Positions 9,191-19,667 of a stretch of DNA of 64,000 bases are shown piece after piece. The DNA is from Candidatus Krumholzibacteriia bacterium (GTDB lineage Bacteria; Krumholzibacteriota; Krumholzibacteriia; LZORAL124-64-63). The stretch lies in contig CAWGRT010000007.1 of NCBI GenBank assembly GCA_963825035.1, positions 7,331 through 71,330 of the forward strand, given 5' to 3'. A program made the position numbers and the translations under genes. The notes below the pieces were generated by a model that had not been told where the DNA came from, did no database searches, and saw only the letters and a list, made by a program, of their open reading frames with translations. The stretch's first letter is position 1; every line of letters begins with the position of its first letter.

Positions 9191-10665
9191 GCGCCACCCT
9201 CCTTTCCGCCTCGGCCACCGCCTCGGCATACATGGTCTCGTAGGCGGCCGCCGACCGGTCCCAGCCGAACTCGCAGGCCATGCCCCGCGTCTGCAGGGCG
9301 GCCCACGTCTCCGGATCGGCAAAGGCGGCCTCGGCCCGGCGCAGGGCCCCCAGCAGGGCCTCCGGCCGTTCCTCGGCGAACACGAAGCCCGTGCCCGCGT
9401 CGTCGTCCAGGTCCTCCACCGTATCCGCCAGCCCGCCCGTGCGCCGGACCACCGGCGGCGTCCCGTAGCGCAGGGCGTACATCTGGGACAGGCCGCAGGG
9501 CTCGAAGCGGCTGGGCATGAGGAACAGGTCGCTGCCGGCGTAGATGCGATGGGCCAGCCCCTCGTCGAAGGTGCCCGCGAAGGCCACCTGCCGCGGGTTG
9601 CGGGCCGCCGCCGCGGTCATGGCCGTCTCCAGGGCCGGGTCGCCCGTGCCCAGGACGGCGAAGCCGAAGCCGTCGCCGGCCAGCCGGTCCAGGATGGGCA
9701 GCAGCAGGTCCACGCCCTTCTGGCCCACCAGCCTTCCCACGAACCCGCACAGGGGCCGATCGGCCGCCACGTCCAGCTTCAGCTCCCGGAGCAGGCCGGA
9801 CCGGCAGCGGGCCTTGCCCGGCGCGGTCGTCCGGTCCGTAGGGCGCCGCCAGGTGGGCATCCCGCCGGGGATCCCAGGTGGCGTACTCGCCGCCGTTGAG
9901 GATGCCCCGGTAGCGGTCGCCCCGATCGGCCAGCACATACTGCAGTCCGCAGCCGAACTCGGCGGTCGTGGTGGTCTCGCGCGCGTAGGTGGGGCTGACG
10001 GTGTTCAAGCGGTCGGCGGCCAGGATGCCGCCCTTCATGAGGTTCAGGTGGCCATGGAACTCCAGCAGGCCCGGGTAGGCAGCCAGGCCCGCAGGCAACC
10101 CGAGGTCCGCGATGCGCGCCGGATCGTGGCTCTCCTGGTGGGCCAGATTGTGGATGGTCAGCACCCCGGCCGCGGGTCCCGGCAGCTCCCGGGCCGGCCA
10201 CAGCTCGCGCCGCAGGACCAGGGCAGCGGCGGCGTGGGCGTCGTGGGCGTGGACCACGTCGGCGGGCCAGTCCAGCAGACGCGGCAGCAGCAGGGCCGCC
10301 TGGGCGTGCAGGGCCGCCCGGGCCAGGCTGTCGGCGAATCCCTGCCCGGCGGCGTCGGTGTACACGCCCGCCCGGGCGAAAAGATCCGACTCCACCAGGT
10401 AGGTGCGCACCGCGCCGCGCGCCGAGCCGGCCACGTGCCAGCGGATGTCGTGCATGCGCGCGCCGGCCCGCACGGCCAGGGGCGGCAGGCTGCGCACGGG
10501 GCGGATGTCCAGGCGCTTCCGGTCCAGGTGGCCGTACAGCGGCAGCACCGACCGCACCTCGTGGCCGCGCCGTCCCAGTTCCCGGGCCAGGGCGCCGGCC
10601 ACGTCGGCCAGGCCGCCCACCTTGACCAGGGGCGCCAGTTCCGCGGTGACCATCAGGATGCGCAT
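9180..10665 (-). CDS. glgA: Glycogen (starch) synthase, one frame break
   Basis: MRILMVTAELAPLVKVGGLADVAGAL (KxGGL motif), VVHAHDAHAA, NLMKGGILAADRLNTVSPTYA. The second frame (ORF 9180..9938) reads FVGRLVGQKGVDLL...FLMPSRFEPCGLSQMYALRYGTPPVVRRTGGLADTV. Frame break at ~9820. Confidence 0.9.
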
Positions 10666-10666
10666 C

Positions 10667-11695
10667 TCAAGTCTCCTCCCCCCGCAGGCGACGGGCGGCC
10701 GTCTCCGGGGGCACGGCCGTGATGAAGAAGCCGGTGCCCGCCTCGAAGCCCGCCAGCCGGGTCAGGCGGGGCACCACTTCAAGATGCCAATGGAAGGCGG
10801 CGGCCGCCGCCTCGTCCCCCGGCTCGCGCACCAGGGGCGCCCCGTGGAGCACCAGGTTCAGGGGGGGATCCGGGTGGATCCGTTCGAGGCCCCGGAGGGC
10901 CTCGTGCAGCAGCGCGGCCAACCCCTCCAGCTCCGCGTCCCCGCAGTCCGTCAGGTCGGCGGCGTGGCGGCGGGGCACCAGCAGCATCTCGTAGGGGAGG
11001 CGGCTGGCCCACGGGGTCAGCACCACGCCGTGGTCGCCGGCGCACACCAGGCGCTCGCCCCGCCGCTCCTCATCCGCGGCGAGGCTGCACAGGAGGCAGC
11101 GACCGTCGGCCGCGGCCCGGTGGGCCAGGAACCGCGTCCGCTTGGCCGCCACCGTCTCCGGCACGACGGGCGTGGCGATGATCTGGCCGTGGGGATGGGC
11201 CAGGGTGGCCCCCGCCTCGGGACCGTGGTTGACGAAGGCCAGCACGTAGCGGTGGCCCGGGTCCGCGGCCAGGGCGACCGTGCGCTCCCGCAGCAGGCGC
11301 AGCAGGTCCGCCAGCCCGGCCGCCCCCACGGTGGCGGGGCCGGCGGCGTGGTCGGGGCTGTAGACCACCACCTCGTGGCGGCCCAGGCCGGGACGGGCCA
11401 CCAGGCCGTCGGCCGGCGCCGTCGGGGCCGTCGGGGCCGGTTCCGGCCCCAGGGCGGGATACATGTTGGGAAAGCAGCGCAGGCGCCAGCCGGGACCGTC
11501 GGCGAGCCCGCCGGCGGGTCGGCCCACGGCGGCGATCTCGGGTGTGGTGCGGTCCTCGCGCCCCGGGCAGAAGGGGCACCCGGCCGGATCGGCGCTCTCG
11601 CGCCGGGCCAGGCGGAACTCGTTGGGGCGGCGCCCGCGACCGGCCGCCACGATCACCCAGCGGCCGCTCAGCGGATCCTGACGCCATTGGGACAT
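10667..11695 (-). CDS. GalT-family nucleotidyltransferase (galactose-1-phosphate uridylyltransferase-like)
   Basis: Intact 342-aa ORF. N-terminal CPFCPG zinc motif and the active-site motif HPHGQIIATP (HxHxQ). Its stop is 1 nt from the glgA ATG, and the glgA RBS (GGAGGAG) lies inside its 3' end. Confidence 0.75.
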   Translation of the reverse strand: MSQWRQDPLSGRWVIVAAGRGRRPNEFRLARRESADPAGCPFCPGREDRTTPEIAAVGRPAGGLADGPGWRLRCFPNMYPALGPEPAPTAPTAPADGLVARPGLGRHEVVVYSPDHAAGPATVGAAGLADLLRLLRERTVALAADPGHRYVLAFVNHGPEAGATLAHPHGQIIATPVVPETVAAKRTRFLAHRAAADGRCLLCSLAADEERRGERLVCAGDHGVVLTPWASRLPYEMLLVPRRHAADLTDCGDAELEGLAALLHEALRGLERIHPDPPLNLVLHGAPLVREPGDEAAAAAFHWHLEVVPRLTRLAGFEAGTGFFITAVPPETAARRLRGEET

Positions 11696-11857
11696 CCATG
11701 TCCCCTTCCCGGCTCACGTCCAGGTCCGAAAAAAAATTTATCCGGCGCGGAACATTCCCCGCCGTCCCGCGTAGGATACCACGGTGGCTGGAGATGACAA
11801 AGCTTTCCCCTCCAGGACACCTCCGGGTCAGGCGAACCCCGGGTCGAGTGAGCGAAG

Positions 11858-11894
11858 GACGAAGGCGGGCCAAGGCGAGAGGTCCGCCTTCGTC
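11858..11894 (-). terminator. Stem-loop downstream of the deacetylase gene (possible terminator)
   Basis: GACGAAGGCGG / CCGCCTTCGTC, an 11-bp perfect stem with a 15-nt loop, 32 nt after the stop at 11926. The T-tract is on the plus-strand side only, so the assignment is weak. Confidence 0.3.
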
Positions 11895-11925
11895 TTTGTG
11901 CCCCGTTCGCGGGGTGGCGGGCGCC

Positions 11926-12823
11926 TCAGACGGCGGTGGGGGCGGCAATCCGCTGCACAGGCAGTCCCCCGGCCGCGCGCAGGCGCGCCGCATAGGCCCC
12001 CATGGTCTCGAACTCCCCGTGTCCCAGCAGCTTCTCCAGCTTGCGGGGCATGGAATCCTGCCCTCCCTGGCTGCGCACGCTGGTCACTGCCGACAGCCCC
12101 ACTTGCGGCCGGAAGTCGTCCAGTTCCCACGGATGCACGTACAGGATGCAGGGCTGCCCCTGAGCCCGGGCGCGGGCGCGCAGCAGGCGATAGGCGGGCC
12201 AGGGCAGCAGCCGCATGTAACCGCCGCCCGAGAAGGGCACGTTCACCCCGGCCACGCGCCAGGTGGGCATGGGGATCTCCAGCAGGGCGTCCTCGCCCGC
12301 CCCCAGCAGGAAAGGCCGGCGCGGCGAGCCCGGCTGGCCGTAGCGGGGATGGCGGATGGGGAACAGGGAGCTGTCGTAGCGGAAGCCCAGCTCCTGCAGG
12401 ACGTTCAGGTAGCCGTGCACCGGCGGGGTGATGGAGAAGCTGGGGGCCCGGTAGCCGGCGGGCCGGTCGCAGCCGGCCTTGGCCAGGGCCGCCAGCGCCC
12501 GCTCGGTGTCGGCACGGAACTCGGCCGGCGTCAGCTTGAAGATCTCGGGATGTCCGTAGCTGTGGCAGCCGACCTCGTGGCCCCGGTCCCGGATGGCCCG
12601 CGATCACGTCGGGGTGGCGCTCGGCGGTCCAGCCCAGGACGAAGAAGGTGGCGGTCACCCGGTGGCGGTCCAGCAGGTCGAGGACCAGGCGCGTGCCCGT
12701 CTCCACGCGCTGCTCGAGATCGTCCCAGGTGGACGGCGGCGCGTGCTCCAGGTAGTTGTGCCCGTGGAACCATTCCTCCACGTCCACGGTGACGATGTCA
12801 CGGGGCACGACGGTGCTCATCAC
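11926..12823 (-). CDS. Polysaccharide deacetylase (NodB-type with DUF3473-like C-terminal part), one frame break
   Basis: N-terminus DIVTVDVEEWFHGHNY..TATFFVLGWTAERHPDVI. After the break (~12600, an extra base): RAIRDRGHEVGCHSYGHPEIFKLTPAEF...GYRAPSFSITPPVHGYLNVLQELGFRYDSSLFPIRHPRYG...LYVHPWELD. Confidence 0.8.
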
Positions 12824-13512
12824 GGCTCCGGGTGCGGGTTCCCGTCGCCGGGGCGCGCCACGCAGGCGAACTGCAGGCAGCCCATGTCGGCGAAGCGGCC
12901 CAGGGTCAGCAGGTCGAACAGCTTGAACTTGCGGGAGCCCGTCCGGTTGATGCCCTCGACCCGCTCCAGCACGAGGCCGCCGCCGGCGAACAGGCCCGGC
13001 AGGCTGGCGCGGGTGAAGAAGCGCACGTGGGTGCGGTCCAGGATCCCCTCGTCAGTGTATTCCCACTTGCCCCGGAACACCAGATCGGCCACGGCGCTGT
13101 GGTGGCGGATGTTGGGTACCGAGGCCACCACGCGGCCGCCGGTCCCCAGCAGGGGCCGCAGCCGGCCCAGCAGCTGCTCCGGTTCCCACACGTGCTCCAG
13201 GACGTCGTTCAGGACGATGCAGTCGAAGCGCTCGGCTCCCAGCCCGGGCAGGACGGCGGCGGCGTCGCCCACCAGGACCCGGTCCAGCACCCGCTCGGCG
13301 CGGGCCGCGGCGGCGGGATCCATCTCCACACCCCAGACCTCGAGGCCGGGACGCTCCTGCTTCAGGCCGGCGGCGAAGGCGCCGGCGCCGCAGCCCACGT
13401 CCAGCAGACGGCGCGCCGTCGCCGGCACGAACCGGCGCATCTCCCGGCGGGGCCGGCCGTAGTACGCGGCGTCCTTGGCCGCGGCGTCCGCCGACCGGTC
13501 CGCCGCGCTCAC
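12820..13512 (-). CDS. Class I SAM-dependent methyltransferase
   Basis: Only the last 230 codons of ORF 12820..14760 are real. GTG at 13512 overlaps the ClC stop (GTGA). RLLDVGCGAGAFAAGL (SAM motif I), FDCIVLNDVLEHV. The stop overlaps the deacetylase start (GTGATGA at 12818-12823). Confidence 0.8.
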   Translation of the reverse strand: MSAADRSADAAAKDAAYYGRPRREMRRFVPATARRLLDVGCGAGAFAAGLKQERPGLEVWGVEMDPAAAARAERVLDRVLVGDAAAVLPGLGAERFDCIVLNDVLEHVWEPEQLLGRLRPLLGTGGRVVASVPNIRHHSAVADLVFRGKWEYTDEGILDRTHVRFFTRASLPGLFAGGGLVLERVEGINRTGSRKFKLFDLLTLGRFADMGCLQFACVARPGDGNPHPEP

Positions 13513-15605
13513 GACGGGTCGGGGGCGGGGAAGGCCCGCGGGTGGAGATCCTTCAGCAGGCGTTCCAGTTCCTGGACCTCGCCCACGACGATCAGCCGGT
13601 CCCCCGGCTCCAGGGGCCGGTCCGGCTCGGGGATGGTGTTGGCGTGGCTGCCCAGCAGGGAACGCTGCTTCACCGCCAGCACCGAGATGCCGTAGTCCTG
13701 GCGCAATTCCAGTTCCCGCAGGGTGCGGCCGTACCAGGCATTGGGGGGCGTCAGCAGCTCCACCTTGTACTGCTCGGGCAGTTCGACGCAGTCCTGCATG
13801 CGCTGTTGGCCCGTGACCAGCTGGATGCCCATGTCCCGGTGGTGCAGCACCTCGCGGTTGTAGACTTCGAGGATGGCCTGCCGGGTGACGACGCCCACCA
13901 GCACCGGGTGCTCGTCGCTGTACAGCACCGGCAGGTCCGTCGAGTCCCGGTGGCCCAGGGCGATCAGGCAGTGCTCCAGGTTGTCCAGACGCTTGACGGT
14001 CTCGGTCTGGGGACTGCACACGTCGTCGGCGATGAGCAGGCGGCTGAGATTCTGCTCGTGGAGGATCTCCTTCACGTCGTGGATGGAGATGCGGCCCCGC
14101 AGCCGGTCCTGGTCGTCCACCACGTAGTAGTGCCCCACGTTGTCGGACAGGAAGAGCTTGAGGATATCCTCGAGGCTGGCGTCCAGGGGGATGGTGACCG
14201 GGTTCACCTCCATGATGTCCTGGACCTGGTAGTCCTTGAGGATGGCGCTCTCCCGGCCGAACTCCAGTTCCTGCCCGCGCAACGCGAACTTCAGCGTGAA
14301 GATGGTGTCCTTCATCAGCGAGCGGTACACCAGGGCCGCGCCGATGGACGCCAGCATCAGCGGCAGGATCACCTGGTACTCGCCGGTCATCTCGAACAGG
14401 ATGAGGATGGCCGTCAGCGGCCCGCCCGTGGCCGCGCCCACCATGGCCGCCATGCCCACCATGGCGAAGGCGCCCACCGGGTCGTGGGTGCCCGGCAGCA
14501 CCTTGCCCAGCACGGCGCCGAAGCCGCCGCCCAGCATGCCCCCCAGGAACAGGGCCGGGGCGAAGATGCCGCCCGAGAAGCCCGAGCCCAGGGTGATGTC
14601 CACCGCCAGCAGCTTGACCGCCACCAGCAGCAGCATCAGGTACCAGACCATGTGGCCGCTGAGGGCCTCGACCATGGTGCTGTAGCCCACGCCGTAGACC
14701 TGGGGGAACCAGATCAGCAGCAGGCCCAGCACCAGGCCACCCGCCGTCGGCTGCAGCCACTCGGGGATGCGCGAGCGCTCGAAGGCCTCCTCGGTGGCGT
14801 ACAGGGTCTTGACGTAGAGCACCGCCACCAGGCCCACGACCAGCCCCATGAGCAGGAAGAAGGGGAACTCCTGGGGACCGCCCAGCACGAACTCAGGGGT
14901 GTGGAACGACGGCTTCTCCCCCAGGAACTCGCGGCTGACCGCCGTGGCGGTGACCGCGGCCACGATGATGGGGCTGAAGGTGGAGACGGCGAAATCCCTC
15001 ATCAGGATTTCGAGGGCGAAGAAGGCGCCGGCGATGGGCGCGTTGAAGGTGGCGGCGATGCCGGCCGCCGCGCCGCAGCCGATGAGGGTCCGCAGCCGCT
15101 GGGGTGAGAATCGCAGCCACTGGCCGATGGTGCTGCCCATGGCGGCACCGATCTGCACGATGGGTCCCTCGCGACCCACCGAGCCGCCGAAGGCGATGGT
15201 GATGGCGCTGGCGGTGATCTTCACGGCGGCCACGATGGGCCGGATCACGCCCTTGGCGAAGAGCATCGCCTGCAGCACCTCGGGCACGCCGTGGCCCTTG
15301 GCCTCGCGGGCGCCGAAGTGGATCATGGGGCCGACGATGAGGCCGCCCACCACCGGCAGCAGCAGCCTCTGCCACCAGGGCACGGCCATCAGCAGGACGA
15401 CGGTGTCCTCCCCGTGGCCAATGACGAAGCCCTGGAAGAACTGGACCATCCAGCGGAACAGGATGGCGCCGAAGCCGCCGATGAGGCCGACGATGACGGC
15501 CATCACCACCATGATGGCGGTCTCGTCGGGCTGGAAGCGCTCGATGAGCTTGAAAACAGTCAGGCGCACGCGGCTGGGACCGCGCCCGCTGGAAGCCGAG
15601 GCCAT
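13509..15605 (-). CDS. ClC-family chloride channel/antiporter with CBS pair and C-terminal RCK_C (TrkA-C) domain
   Basis: Intact frame. GSVGREGPIVQIGAAMG (GxEGP), GIFAPALFLGGMLG, a CBS region (DIMEVNPVTIPLD..., HYYVVDDQDRLRGRISIHD), and TrkA-C-like RTLRELELRQDYGISVLAVKQ...GDRLIVVG. Start taken at ATG 15605 (MASASS...). The ORF extends to 15704. Confidence 0.85.
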   Translation of the reverse strand: MASASSGRGPSRVRLTVFKLIERFQPDETAIMVVMAVIVGLIGGFGAILFRWMVQFFQGFVIGHGEDTVVLLMAVPWWQRLLLPVVGGLIVGPMIHFGAREAKGHGVPEVLQAMLFAKGVIRPIVAAVKITASAITIAFGGSVGREGPIVQIGAAMGSTIGQWLRFSPQRLRTLIGCGAAAGIAATFNAPIAGAFFALEILMRDFAVSTFSPIIVAAVTATAVSREFLGEKPSFHTPEFVLGGPQEFPFFLLMGLVVGLVAVLYVKTLYATEEAFERSRIPEWLQPTAGGLVLGLLLIWFPQVYGVGYSTMVEALSGHMVWYLMLLLVAVKLLAVDITLGSGFSGGIFAPALFLGGMLGGGFGAVLGKVLPGTHDPVGAFAMVGMAAMVGAATGGPLTAILILFEMTGEYQVILPLMLASIGAALVYRSLMKDTIFTLKFALRGQELEFGRESAILKDYQVQDIMEVNPVTIPLDASLEDILKLFLSDNVGHYYVVDDQDRLRGRISIHDVKEILHEQNLSRLLIADDVCSPQTETVKRLDNLEHCLIALGHRDSTDLPVLYSDEHPVLVGVVTRQAILEVYNREVLHHRDMGIQLVTGQQRMQDCVELPEQYKVELLTPPNAWYGRTLRELELRQDYGISVLAVKQRSLLGSHANTIPEPDRPLEPGDRLIVVGEVQELERLLKDLHPRAFPAPDPS

Positions 15606-15735
15606 GGCATCTCCCGGGTGACATCGCGTGTCGGGCAGAACCGAACCGCCCCGAAAAGGGTAGTTCGCGGGCCCAACAGTCGCAAACGACCGTGCCTCCG
15701 TCAACCTCGGGGCCCGGGGCGGCGCCAGCGGGGCG

Positions 15736-15763
15736 TGGACAAACGGTGGTTCACCCCTATAGT
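15736..15763 (+). promoter_or_regulatory. Candidate sigma70-type promoter for the M16 peptidase gene
   Basis: TGGACA (15736-15741), 16-nt spacer, TATAGT (15758-15763), about 43 nt upstream of ATG 15806. GAGG lies 5 nt before the ATG. Confidence 0.35.
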
Positions 15764-15805
15764 GGCCCGGTAGGCACAGGACCCTGCAACCTGAAACGAG
15801 GCACC

Positions 15806-18497
15806 ATGACCCCCTCCGGCACCGGCATCCTCGCTCCCAGCCCCCTGGCCGACGGCCTGTGGACCGGCACCTTCCCCAGCGGCCTGCGCCTGATCGTCCA
15901 GGAGGACCGCCGCGCCCCCGTGGCCGTGGCCAACGTGTGGGTGCGCGTGGGCTCCAACCGCGAACCCGAGAAGCTGCGGGGCTGGTCCCACGGCATCGAG
16001 CACATGCTCTTCAAGGGCACCGGCCGCCGGGACGAGGGCGACTTCGCCCGCGAGGTGGCCGAAGCGGGCGGCAGCACCAACGCCGGCACGGGCTACGAGA
16101 CCACCAACTACCACATCACCGTGCCCGCCGGCCGGATCGACACGGCCCTGGACATCCTGGGCGACGCCCTGCTCAACTCCACCTTCGAGCCGGCCTCCCT
16201 GGACGCCGAGCGCAAGGTCCTCGTCCACGAGAACCACATGTACGACGACATCCCCTCGGGTTTCGGGCTGACCTGGCGTTGGGCGCTGGAACTCGGCTTC
16301 GACATCAGCCCCTACCGGCACCCCATCGGCGGGCGGGACGAGAACCTGCTGGAGCGCAGCCGCGACGACATCCTGGCTTTCTGGCGCTCGGCCTACCGGC
16401 CCGAAAACATGACGGTGGTGGTGGTGGGCGACGTGGACCCGGCGGCCGCCGCCGACCGCGTGGCGGCCCACTTCCCGGCGGCCGCGGGCGCCGGCCCCGC
16501 GCCGGTCACCGACCCCGAGGTGGCGCTGGTGGCCGCGCCCCCCGTCGAGCCCGCCCACGCCACGGCCCGCTGCCGCCTGGCGACCGGGGACATCCAGAAG
16601 GCCTACGCCAAGCTGGTCTTCCCCACCCCGGGCGAACTGGCCTCCGAACGCCACGCCCTGGCGGTGATCCGCCGCGTCCTGGGCGACGGACGCAGCTGCC
16701 GCCTGTACCGGCAGCTGGTGGAGGAGCGCAAGCTGGTGGACGACCTGAGCGTGGTCACCGAGGCGGGTCCCCGCGAGGGGGTCATGGTCATCGACCTGGA
16801 GGCCGACGCCGCCCGCCTGCGGGACGCGGTGCTGGCGGTGGCGGGCGTCTGCGCGGACCTGGCCCGGGAATCCTGCACGACCACGGAGCTGGAGCGGGCC
16901 GCGACCCGCGTGCTGCGGGCCCACCAGTTCGGCTCGGAAACCGTCCAGGGTCAGGCGGCCAACCTGGGCTACAGCGACAGCCTGGGCAACCTGGGCCGGG
17001 CCTTCAGCGTGCCCGCGGAGATCGCCGCCGTGGACCGCGACGACGTGGCCGCCCTGGCCGCGCGTGTCTTCCGCACCGGCGGCCTGACCGCCGTGTTCTA
17101 CCTGCCCGAGGGCACCGACGCCGCCGCCTGCGGCCTGCCCGCCGACGGCGAAGCCCTGACCGCCCTGGTGCGCCCCGTGCTGGGCGACGGGACGGGCGCG
17201 GGTGCCCCCGCGACGCCGCGGCCGGTCCCGGCCGTGCCCCGGCGCGCCGGCCGGGTCGCGGCCCCCGCCCCCTTCCGCCGGGTGACCCTGGCCTCGGGCG
17301 CCGAGGTGTGGCTGCGCCACGACCCGGCGGTGCCGGTGGTCTCGGCCACCTTCGCCGTGCCGGGGGGCGCCACGGGCGAGAGCGCCGACCGGGCGGGGCT
17401 GGCGGCCCTGACCCTGGCGGTCCAGATCAAGGGGGCCGGGGGCCGCGACGCCGCCTCCCTCCACGAGGAGCTGGAAGGGGCCGGGGCGGTCATCTCGCCC
17501 CTCACCCAGCGGGACTACGGCGGCCTGGGGCTGAGCGCGCTTTCCGACCGCCTGGATCCGGCCCTGGACCTGCTGGAGCTGATGGTCCGGCAGCCCGACT
17601 TCCCGGCCGACGAGATCGAGCAGGAACGCCGCCTGGCCCTGGAGCAGCTGGCCTCGCTGCAGGATCAGCCCTTCCAGGCGGCCGCCGTGCGCCTGCGGGA
17701 GCTCATGTACGGCGACCATCCCTACGGCCGCCCCCTGCAGGGCACCGCCACCAGCCTGCCGGGCCTGGACTCGGGACGCCCTGCTGGCGCGCCACGCGGC
17801 GACGTGGACCGCCGGCGGCGTGCAGGTGGTGGCGTCGGGCGCCATGGACGAGGACCGCTTCCTGGCCCGGGTGGAGGCCCTGCTGGGCGCCCTGCCCGCG
17901 GCGTCCCCGCCGGCCGACCCCCGCCCGGGACCCGCGCAGGTGCCCGCCGGCGTCGAGCACCAGCGCCTGACCCGGCGGCAGAACCAGACGGTGGTGCTGG
18001 TGGGCTGGCCGGGCCCGCGCGACGCCGATGAGCGGCGCGTGCCCCTGATGCTCCTGCGGGAGGTGCTCAACGGCCAGAGCGGGCGGCTGTTCGAGGCCCT
18101 GCGCAACCGGCGTTCCCTGTGCTACAACACGGGCGTCCTGAGCACCGCCGGCTTCGGCCAGGGCATGCTCCTGGGCTACGTGCTGACGGCGCCGGACACC
18201 GCGGACGAGGCCCGCGTCCAGCTGGTGCAGGAGATCGGCGCCCTGCGGGACGCGGTGGTGCCCGGGGACGAGTTCGAACGGGCCCGCAGCCAGCTCCTGG
18301 GCACCATGCTCATCGGCACCCAGGGCAACGCCGCGCGGACCGCCCGGGCCGGCCGGGCCCGCATCTACGGCCGCCCGGCCGACGACCTGGAGCGCGTGGT
18401 GGCCGGGATCGGGGCCTGCACACCCGACCAGGTGCGGGACGCGGCCGCGGCCCTGGTCCTGCCCGACGCCCGCTTCGAGGTGGTGCTGGGACCCTGA
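15806..18497 (+). CDS. M16 (pitrilysin) family zinc peptidase, duplicated M16 unit (~897 aa), one frame break
   Basis: HxxEH motif in GWSHGIEHMLFKGTG, and NAGTGYETTNYH. Second half: PVVSATFAVPGGATGES...LLGTMLIGTQGNAARTA. Frame break at ~17772 (LPGLDS / DALLARHAATWTAGGVQVVASGAMDE). Confidence 0.85.
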
Positions 18498-18526
18498 GCC
18501 CCCGGCCGTTCCGCCCCGGAAACAGC

Positions 18527-18556
18527 GGCGCCCGGTCCCCGCAGGGACCGGGCGCC
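18527..18556. terminator. Bidirectional rho-independent-type terminator between convergent genes
   Basis: Perfect 13-bp GC stem GGCGCCCGGTCCC / GGGACCGGGCGCC with a 4-nt loop (CGCA), followed by TTGT on the plus strand and GCTGTTT on the minus strand. Confidence 0.65.
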
Positions 18557-18581
18557 TTGTCCAGGACGACGGTCAAACCGC

Positions 18582-18940
18582 TCAGCCGGCGGCCTTGTAG
18601 CGGTTCGGCGCGTCGGAAAGATCGATCACGAACGTGGGTTGGGAGAAGCTGGCGCGGTGCGCACGCCCTCGGGCACCACGTACACGTCGCCGGCCTGGTA
18701 CAGGTTCGTCTTGCCGTCGATCTCCATGAGCATCTCGCCCGAGACCACCATGCCCCGCTGCTCGCAGTGGGAGTGGTCGGGAAAGCTGACGCCTTCGTCG
18801 AAGAGGAAGAAGACCAGCTGCTTCTCGTCGTTGGCGAGGCTGTAGCCGGTGACGCCCGCCACGGGAATCTCGACCTTGGGCAACGCCATGATTTCCGGGG
18901 GCAGGAGGCTGCTGGCTGGGTGGGTCTTGAGTTGGTCCAT
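18582..18940 (-). CDS. Cupin-domain protein, one frame break
   Basis: GVSFPDHSHCEQRGMVVSGEMLMEIDGKTNLYQAGDVYVVPEGV, then after the break (~18665) HRASFSQPTFVIDLSDAPNRYKAAG. Confidence 0.7.
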
Positions 18941-19063
18941 GCATCGGCCCCTCTCGCTTTGGCGGTAGGCCCCGCCCCGCGGGGCGCACCCGCGCGGGGC
19001 AGGATTTACAGTCAGTTTACCAGAAGCCGGCCGATCCGCAAGCCGTCTGCGGCGGCCCGCGCC

Positions 19064-19580
19064 TCAGCCCGCGTCGGGGGCGTAGTCGGCACCCCGCAAG
19101 GGGAGCGCAGGCCCCCCCGCAACCGTCTCGGCGGCGGTCACCCGGCCCACCAGGCAGTCGTGGTCGCCGGTGGTGAATCGTCCCTCCAGCGGCACAGAGC
19201 AGGCGGGCGGCACAGCGCTCCAGGGCGGGCACCCCCTCCCCCAGCAGCACGTGGGGCGTCTCGGCCCACTTGTCCCGGTCGCGGCGGGAATGGAGGCCGA
19301 AGAGCCGCGCCTCGGGCACCTGGCCCTCGGCCAGGAGCGAAACGGTGAACTCCCGCGCACCCTCCAGCAGGTCGTAGGTGCGGCGCTGCTGGCCGACGGA
19401 CACCAGCACCAGGGGCGGATCCATGGAGACGCGGGTCACCCAGGCGGCGGTCAGGCCCCCCAGCTCGCCGTCGCGGGCGACGCCCACCACGGCCACGGGC
19501 TGGGGAAAGAGGCGCAGGGCCTCGTCGGCGGCGGCGCGCAGGGCGGCGGAGCGGTCGGCGGCGGCGGGCATGGACGTCAC
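19064..19580 (-). CDS. Flavin reductase-like (FMN-binding split-barrel) protein, one frame break
   Basis: FPQPVAVVGVARDGELGGLTAAWVTRVSMDPPLVLVSVGQQRRTYDLL. C-terminal frame: SVPLEGRFTTGDHDCLVGRVTAAE. Frame break at ~19200. Confidence 0.7.
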
Positions 19581-19667
19581 TCCGGGCAGCGGTTTCCGGC
19601 AACGCGAACCGGGCCCTGCGGGCCCGGCACGGTGAGCTCACGGATTCAAGGATGGCGCCCGGGGCGC

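Noticed and set aside
12820-14760. 646-aa ORF overlapping the ClC gene
   Set aside because: Only the last 230 codons (methyltransferase, from GTG 13512) are protein-like. The upstream 416 codons are an alternative-frame reading of the ClC gene and are Gly/Arg/Pro/His-rich.
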